Positions 45,277-49,822 of a DNA stretch of 49,822 nt are shown here, in pieces. Both the position numbers and the translations under genes were made by a program. The notes beneath the pieces were generated by a model. That model did no database searches and was not told where the DNA came from. It saw only the letters and a program-made list of their open reading frames with translations. Position 1 is the first letter of the stretch, and each line of letters begins with the position of its first letter. Source of the stretch: Rhodothermales bacterium (lineage in GTDB: Bacteria > Bacteroidota > Rhodothermia > Rhodothermales > DASSAV01); contig DASSAV010000055.1 of NCBI GenBank assembly GCA_035699265.1, positions 1 to 49,822 on the forward strand, written 5' to 3'.

Positions 45277-46428
45277 ATGGCGGGATTGTACGTCCACATA
45301 CCTTTCTGCTCGCAGCGGTGCGTGTACTGCGACTTCTACTTCGTGACGACGCAGAAGTCGCATACGAGCTTCGTGCAGGCGCTCTGCCTGGAAATCGAGC
45401 ACTACGGGCTCAGCCACGGCAAGAAGGAACCGGTCGAGACGATCTACTTCGGCGGCGGGACCCCCTCCCTGCTCCACGAGGATGAAATCCAGCGGATTCT
45501 CCAAACGATCCACGCCCACTTCGATACGTCAGGGCTCGTCGAGACGACGCTCGAATTGAACCCGGAGGACGTCGACCCGGACTATCTGGCGGGGCTCCGC
45601 GCGCTCGGCATCGACCGGCTCAGCATCGGCATCCAGTCGTTTTTCGCGTCCGACCTCGCGTTCATGAACCGCAGCCACACGGCGGAGCAGGCCGAGGCCA
45701 TCGTCCCGCTCGCACGCGAGGCGGGGTTCGAGAACATCACGGCGGACCTCATTTTCGGACTACCCGAACAGCCGGAGGAATACTGGGCGGCCAATCTGGA
45801 GAAGATGGTAGGGCTGGGCGTACCGCATCTCTCGACGTACAGCCTCACGGTCGAAGAACGCACGCCGCTGTACAAGCAGGTGGAAAGCGGCCTGGTCGTC
45901 CCGCCGGAGGACGACGTCCTGGCCGACCAGTACCGCTTTACGATGGACTACCTCGAAGGCCGCGGCTACGAACACTACGAGGTCTCCAGCTTTGCGAAGC
46001 CCGGCTTCCGGTCGCGGCACAACCAGACGTACTGGCAGCATAAGAACTACCTGGGATTCGGTCCGTCGGCGCACTCGTTCTGGTGGCGGACCGGATCGGC
46101 GGCCGAGCGGTGGTCGAACGTCCGCAACCTGCGGCAGTACGAGGCCCTCTTGAATACCCGGCAGCTTCCGCTGGATGCGCGGGAGACGATCGGCCTGGAC
46201 ACGCTCGCCGACGAGTACGTCATGCTCCGGCTGCGCACGACGGACGGACTCGACCTCGACGTCATGGAGCATCGGTACGGGGTGGATCTCCTGGTGGAGA
46301 GGACGGACGAGTTGGCCTGGATGGAAGGCGAGGGCTACATCCACCCCATCCGCAATGGGGCCGTCCGGCTCACCGACGCGGGCATGCTGCTCTGCGACGC
46401 ACTCACGGGAGAGCTGCTGGCGGATTGA
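45277..46428 (+). CDS. hemW: Radical SAM heme chaperone HemW (HemN-like, oxygen-independent coproporphyrinogen oxidase family)
   Basis: LYVHIPFCSQRCVYCDFYF (CxxxCxxC), IYFGGGTPS, and HemN_C-like C-terminal YVMLRLRTTDGLDL. The 383-aa length fits HemW. Confidence 0.85.
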   Translation: MAGLYVHIPFCSQRCVYCDFYFVTTQKSHTSFVQALCLEIEHYGLSHGKKEPVETIYFGGGTPSLLHEDEIQRILQTIHAHFDTSGLVETTLELNPEDVDPDYLAGLRALGIDRLSIGIQSFFASDLAFMNRSHTAEQAEAIVPLAREAGFENITADLIFGLPEQPEEYWAANLEKMVGLGVPHLSTYSLTVEERTPLYKQVESGLVVPPEDDVLADQYRFTMDYLEGRGYEHYEVSSFAKPGFRSRHNQTYWQHKNYLGFGPSAHSFWWRTGSAAERWSNVRNLRQYEALLNTRQLPLDARETIGLDTLADEYVMLRLRTTDGLDLDVMEHRYGVDLLVERTDELAWMEGEGYIHPIRNGAVRLTDAGMLLCDALTGELLAD

Positions 46429-46505
46429 GTTAGGGAACCGCGCTGCTCCGGGCCGATATAGCCTTTTTCGTATTTTGCCGTTTCGCATCCCGATTCCTTT
46501 CGTCT

Positions 46506-47024
46506 GTGTCCATGAATCGCTTTTCGTTCTTGCTCTCAGCCAGCATCCTGTTCACTGCCATTCTCATTGCGGGCTGTGAGTCCAACCGGACCCGTGCCGA
46601 CGCGCCGGGCTCCCCCACCGACACCGAGGCCGTGCACATCCCCTTCCGAAACGACGGCACGCTCACGTTCCTGCGCGGGGAGCAGGAGATCGTCACCATC
46701 GACGTCGAGATCGCGCAGACGGACTCGGCACGGGAGCGCGGCCTGATGCAGCGGAAGAGCCTGCCTGCGAAGAGCGGGATGCTGTTCATCTTCGACCGTC
46801 CCGAGGTGCAAACCTTCTGGATGGCGAACACCCCCCTCCCGCTGGACATGTTCTTCGTGAACACCGACTCGGTGATTGTGAACGTGGCCCGGTACACGCG
46901 GCCCTATTCTTCGGACGAAGTCTCGTCCATCGACCCGGCGCTGTACGTCGTGGAGGTCCCGGCCGGGTTCGCCGACAACTACGGCATCACAGAGAGCAAC
47001 CAGGTGCGATGGGAGATGCGGTAG
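46506..47024 (+). CDS. DUF192-family lipoprotein
   Basis: Lipobox LIAGC-ES. ERGLMQRKSLPAKSGMLFIF....FWMANTPLPLDMFFV....VVEVPAGF is typical of DUF192 (COG1430). The ATG is at 46512 and a GTG lies at 46506. Confidence 0.75.
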   Translation: MSMNRFSFLLSASILFTAILIAGCESNRTRADAPGSPTDTEAVHIPFRNDGTLTFLRGEQEIVTIDVEIAQTDSARERGLMQRKSLPAKSGMLFIFDRPEVQTFWMANTPLPLDMFFVNTDSVIVNVARYTRPYSSDEVSSIDPALYVVEVPAGFADNYGITESNQVRWEMR

Positions 47025-47031
47025 GATTCGG

Positions 47032-47055
47032 GTGTTCAGGTGTTCAAGTGTTAAG
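47032..47055 (+). repeat. Three tandem octamers: GTGTTCAG GTGTTCAA GTGTTAAG
   Basis: Read directly, 8 nt after the DUF192 stop codon. The related GTGTT(T)CGGGG motifs recur at 47547-47568, and as reverse complements at 47369-47399. Confidence 0.8.
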
Positions 47056-47080
47056 CACGTTCACAAAGGGACTGAAGGAT

Positions 47081-47130
47081 GTCATTCTGAGCCCCCAGTA
47101 AAACAAGCTTCCCGTCCGTGCGATCATGAC
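47081..47130. repeat. Left arm of a long-range inverted repeat. The unit itself starts with GTCAT and ends with ATGAC.
   Basis: gtcattctgagcccccagtaaaacaagcttcccgtccgtgcgatcatgac. Its partner is the reverse complement of 47851-47902. Confidence 0.8.
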
Positions 47131-47322
47131 ACCACACCGCAGCCCACAAAACCGCATTCCCCATCGAATCGTGGCCCGCGCGCCGGATGGAATCCCCGCG
47201 CGGTTGAGCGAGTGGCGCACCGCCGAAGGAGTCCCGGATCACCACCATCTCCTACGCGCCGCTCGGTCGATGTGTGCGGCGGGAAGGGGATTCGAGCGTT
47301 TTGATTCGATCTCCCTTCTTTG

Positions 47323-47350
47323 GTCCTTTCTTGGGCGAGCAAGAAAGGAC
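47323..47350. other. Perfect 11-bp stem hairpin (gtcctttcttg ggcgag caagaaaggac)
   Basis: Read directly. No U-tract follows, so I do not call it a terminator. Confidence 0.7.
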
Positions 47351-47365
47351 ATCCCCCAGGAAAGC

Positions 47366-47569
47366 ACACCCCGAACACAACCACACCCCCAAACGAAACG
47401 GCTCATTCGGTTTGGTATCACTCGTTTCAGCATCTCATGTCATTAGCAACGCAGTGAAAACACGAGCGAAGCGACTGATGAAATAATCTCTCCTGCTTCG
47501 GCCCTACACGAAGAGAGATCCTTCGCTTCGCTACTAATGACATGAGGTGTTTCGGGGAGTGTTCGGGGT
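47366..47569. repeat. Central imperfect palindrome of about 200 bp with several perfect sub-stems
   Basis: Pairs: 47434-47446 ctcatgtcattag / 47534-47546 ctaatgacatgag (13 bp); 47465-47474 agcgaagcga / 47523-47532 tcgcttcgct (10 bp); 47486-47492 atctctc / 47513-47519 gagagat; 47369-47378 ccccgaacac / 47559-47568 gtgttcgggg (10 bp). Confidence 0.8.
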
Positions 47570-47850
47570 CGAAGATGGAGCACACCCGTTCCCACCCGTC
47601 ATCCCGAACCCGGATTGATCGTGCCCAATGGCGCAGCTTCCACGTGTGCGCCTGCGGCCTCAGAGAATTGCTGGGGTGAGGGATCTGTCTAGAACGCGAG
47701 GCTCAGCATCCACCTGACGGATCCACCTTGACCAGATCCCTCATCCCGCCTCAGCCGTGCCTAACCTGGAGCGTAGTCTTCGAGCAGGGCGGCGTCGGTG
47801 AGTCCCAGCGGGGATCAGGGATGACACATAGGGGCGCATTGCGGATCAGA

Positions 47851-47902
47851 GTCATTGATCGCACGGACGGAAAACCTGTTTCCCCTGGGGGCTCGACACG
47901 AC
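47851..47902. repeat. Right arm of the long-range inverted repeat
   Basis: gtcattgatcgcacggacggaaaacctgtttcccctgggggctcgacacgac. Its reverse complement aligns with 47081-47130 at roughly four-fifths of positions by hand alignment. Confidence 0.8.
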
Positions 47903-48107
47903 ACGGGCGGAGGACGGTTTGGCAGAGCGCGTGAGAGGCCGTGCAAGTCCATGTGTTTCATAACTTACGCAATCCTTCAAGGGGTTTTAACGGAACGCTT
48001 GCAGAACGGGAAGGTACGGGGGTTGAGCATCCTTTATCTTACAGGGCCGGCCTTCTCTTGTTTGACCGGCCACTCAGTCCGGTTTAAGGCAGTACATCCC
48101 GCGCGGC

Positions 48108-49103
48108 ATGAAATCGTATCCTGTGACGAACGAGGTCCGCTGGCGCCATCGTTTTTCCATCCTGGCGGTCGTGACCGCCGCCGTCCTGGTCTCCTGGGGG
48201 GCCTTCGTAACCAGCATTAACGCAGGCCTGGCCGTGCCCGACTGGCCTTCCTCCTTCAACTCCTACGACCCGCTGAACCCCTGGCCCGAGTGGTGGACGA
48301 TCGTGCCTGTCCTGGCCGAGCACGGGCACCGGCTGATGGGCATGCTCATCGGCCTTTTTACGATGACGCTGGCAGGGTGGACCGTGCTCAAGGATGAGCG
48401 AAAGTGGATGAAATGGCTGGCGGTCGGCGCGCTGGTGCTGGTGATCCTGCAGGGTGTGCTGGGGGGCCTGCGCGTGGTGCTGGTGTCGGTCGACCTGGCG
48501 ATGGTCCATGCCTGTGTCGCCCAGGTCTTCTTTTCACTCTTAGTGGCGCTGGCGCTGTTCACCTCGCCGGGGTGGCTCCAGGCGCGCGACATCGCCCCGG
48601 ACACCGATAAGGCGGGCACCTTGCGGGGGCTGACGGTGATTTCGACCCTGGCGGTGTACGTCCAGATCATGCTCGGCGTGCTGCTGCGCCATCCGGGAGC
48701 CGGGATCAGTCCGGTGCTCGCAGGGGTCCACATCACGGGGGCGGTTACGGTGACGACGCTGCTGCTGGCGACGGGCTATTTCATACACCGTAACTTTAGG
48801 GGGCAGCGGCTGCTGCTTCGCGCCAACCGGGTCCAGCTCTCGATCCTGACGCTTCAATTCGCCCTCGGCTGGACGGCCTACCTGCTGCTGCTGGACGAAC
48901 GCGGCATGATCGTCCCGAGCAATTTACAGGTGATCGTCAATTCGAGCCATGTGCTGATCGGGGCGGCGCTGCTGGCATCGACGGTAGCGCTCACGCTGCT
49001 GGCGCTGCGGCGTCCGACACCGGTGGGCGGCGACGCGCTTCCGTCGGAACCCGTGCTGGCGGCCGAATCGCTGCTGGCGGCGGGGGGAACGAGTAATGGG
49101 TAA
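48108..49103 (+). CDS. ctaA: Heme A synthase (COX15/CtaA family)
   Basis: WGAFVTSINAGLAVPDWPSSF, EHGHRLMGMLIG, MVHACVAQVFF and SSHVLIGAALL show conserved His residues within eight hydrophobic helices. Confidence 0.85.
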   Translation: MKSYPVTNEVRWRHRFSILAVVTAAVLVSWGAFVTSINAGLAVPDWPSSFNSYDPLNPWPEWWTIVPVLAEHGHRLMGMLIGLFTMTLAGWTVLKDERKWMKWLAVGALVLVILQGVLGGLRVVLVSVDLAMVHACVAQVFFSLLVALALFTSPGWLQARDIAPDTDKAGTLRGLTVISTLAVYVQIMLGVLLRHPGAGISPVLAGVHITGAVTVTTLLLATGYFIHRNFRGQRLLLRANRVQLSILTLQFALGWTAYLLLLDERGMIVPSNLQVIVNSSHVLIGAALLASTVALTLLALRRPTPVGGDALPSEPVLAAESLLAAGGTSNG

Positions 49104-49157
49104 TGCCGAATCCGGTAAATCAGTGCTGAAATGAGCTTTTGGGCCCATCACCTCCGG

Positions 49158-49222
49158 CCCCTCCTGTCCAGGAGGGGAGCTTCTCTTTCGGAGCCGATTC
49201 AATAAATCAATGCCCATAAGAG
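49158..49222 (+). repeat. Hairpin repeat copy C with conserved tail, between ctaA and ctaB. A partial extra copy, AGGAGGGGAGCTT, lies at 49221-49233.
   Basis: cccctcct gtcc aggagggg agcttctctttcggagccgattcaataaatcaatgcccataagag, with an 8-bp perfect stem pairing 49158-49165 with 49170-49177. Confidence 0.85.
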
Positions 49223-49269
49223 GAGGGGAGCTTGTTTTGCTTCCACTATTCCTGTAGTCGCTGAACGTT

Positions 49270-49822
49270 TTGTCAATTGATCTACATCCGAGTTCTTCCC
49301 GTACTTCCGGCGCGGTCGTGTCCGGAACTGAACCCGTTGCGTGGCGGCAGACGTTCCGGGACTACCTGGAGCTGACGAAGCCGGAGATTTCGTTCCTGGT
49401 CGCCATCTCGGCCCTGGCGGGTTTCCTCCTCGGGGCGGAGACGATAGACTGGACGCTCCTGGCGATTACGCTGACGGGCACGGTGCTGACGGCGGGCGGG
49501 GTGGGGGCGCTCAACCACTACATTGAACGCGACCTGGACGGCCTGATGCGGAGGACGGCGGGCCGCCCTCTTCCGGCGGGGCGCGTTTCGCCAAAGCACG
49601 CGCGCACGTTCGGGTACGTGTTGGCGACGGCGGGCGTGGCGCTGCTCTGCCCGCTGACGAACCCGATGACGGGCACGCTGGCGGCATTGACGGTGGTGCT
49701 GTACCTGTGGGTATACACGCCGCTGAAGCGCACGACGAAGTACAACACGATCATCGGTACGATTCCGGGGGCGCTTCCGGCGCTCGGCGGGTGGACGGCG
49801 GCGACGAACGACCTGCACGCGG
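49270..49822 (+). CDS. ctaB: Protoheme IX farnesyltransferase (heme O synthase), 5' part only, running off the window
   Basis: My own translation in frame 1: ..WRQTFRDYLELTKPEISFLVAISALAGFLLG..GALNHYIERDLDGLMRRTAGRPLPAGR..YTPLKRTTKYNTIIGTIPGALPALGGW. The frame is open from the stop at 49255-49257. Candidate starts are a TTG at 49270 and a GTG at 49318. It is not in the track because it has no stop in the window, and the 49282..49818 minus-strand ORF is its shadow. Confidence 0.85.
   Translation, partial: MSIDLHPSSSRTSGAVVSGTEPVAWRQTFRDYLELTKPEISFLVAISALAGFLLGAETIDWTLLAITLTGTVLTAGGVGALNHYIERDLDGLMRRTAGRPLPAGRVSPKHARTFGYVLATAGVALLCPLTNPMTGTLAALTVVLYLWVYTPLKRTTKYNTIIGTIPGALPALGGWTAATNDLHA

Noticed and set aside
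44968-45519. N-terminal 184 codons of the track ORF 43822..45519.
   Set aside because: This part crosses the hairpin repeats and runs antisense through the hemW start region. The recognisable NurA-like sequence begins after the ATG at 44967 (MLDLNSLREQF).
47885-48107. GGGGCTCGACACGAC... resembles the 5' end of tmRNA (GGGGxUGA..UUCGAC), so I considered an ssrA or other RNA gene upstream of ctaA.
   Set aside because: No T-arm/acceptor 3' end (GGTTCGAxTCC...CCA) or tag-ORF-like segment follows within 400 nt. The similarity is only a few bases and overlaps the right inverted-repeat arm.
47025-48107. Possible CRISPR array, because of the multiple repeats.
   Set aside because: The repeats are inverted, nested and of unequal length and spacing. 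There is no regular direct repeat-spacer periodicity, and no cas genes lie in the window.
49282-49818. 178-aa minus-strand ORF at the right edge.
   Set aside because: The plus strand in frame 1 encodes an unmistakable CtaB/CyoE N-terminus (YLELTKPEI..., GALNHYIERDLD...). The minus-strand ORF is an Arg-rich shadow.
1-49822. Mobile-element boundaries (integrase, transposase, tRNA attachment site) flanking the polysaccharide locus.
   Set aside because: I found no such genes or tRNA-like sequences on either strand. Any horizontal origin rests on composition only.

Overview
High-GC bacterial chromosomal segment. The gene content (heme A genes, mostly SD-less starts, GTCAT-type palindromic repeats) suggests a Rhodothermus/Salinibacter-like lineage, but that is a guess I cannot verify. 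About 41.6 kb (1..41646) is one large surface-polysaccharide locus. A roughly 27 kb minus-strand gene train (41646 down to 14461) has mostly overlapping or nearly abutting genes. It encodes a polyprenyl-P sugar transferase, a PCP/BY-kinase, a minimal SLBB export protein, an MsbA-like ABC exporter, a Wzy/O-antigen-ligase-like polymerase, many GT4 enzymes, GT47- and GT61-like enzymes, a true AsnB amidotransferase, a PF14907-like nucleotidyltransferase and interleaved sulfotransferases. Further left lie a GT4 gene, a lipoprotein / sulfotransferase / 1055-aa secreted CxxCH protein unit, a divergent GT pair, a GT8 gene, two tandem sulfotransferase paralogues, and an edge-truncated Asn-synthetase homologue without Cys2 that looks like a lasso-peptide cyclase. 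In total I count nine sulfotransferase-like and thirteen glycosyltransferase-like genes, which predicts a heavily sulfated heteropolysaccharide. That is the main candidate for an undescribed system. The right-hand 8 kb holds a NurA-like nuclease operon with a HerA-barrel-like protein lacking an ATPase and a membrane protein. After it come hemW, a DUF192 lipoprotein, about 1.1 kb of repeat- and palindrome-rich non-coding DNA, ctaA and the 5' part of ctaB. A conserved hairpin element sits 5' of three of these genes. I found no rRNA, tRNA, CRISPR array, transposase or integrase. Many long ORFs in the supplied track are antisense shadow ORFs typical of GC-rich DNA and are not called.
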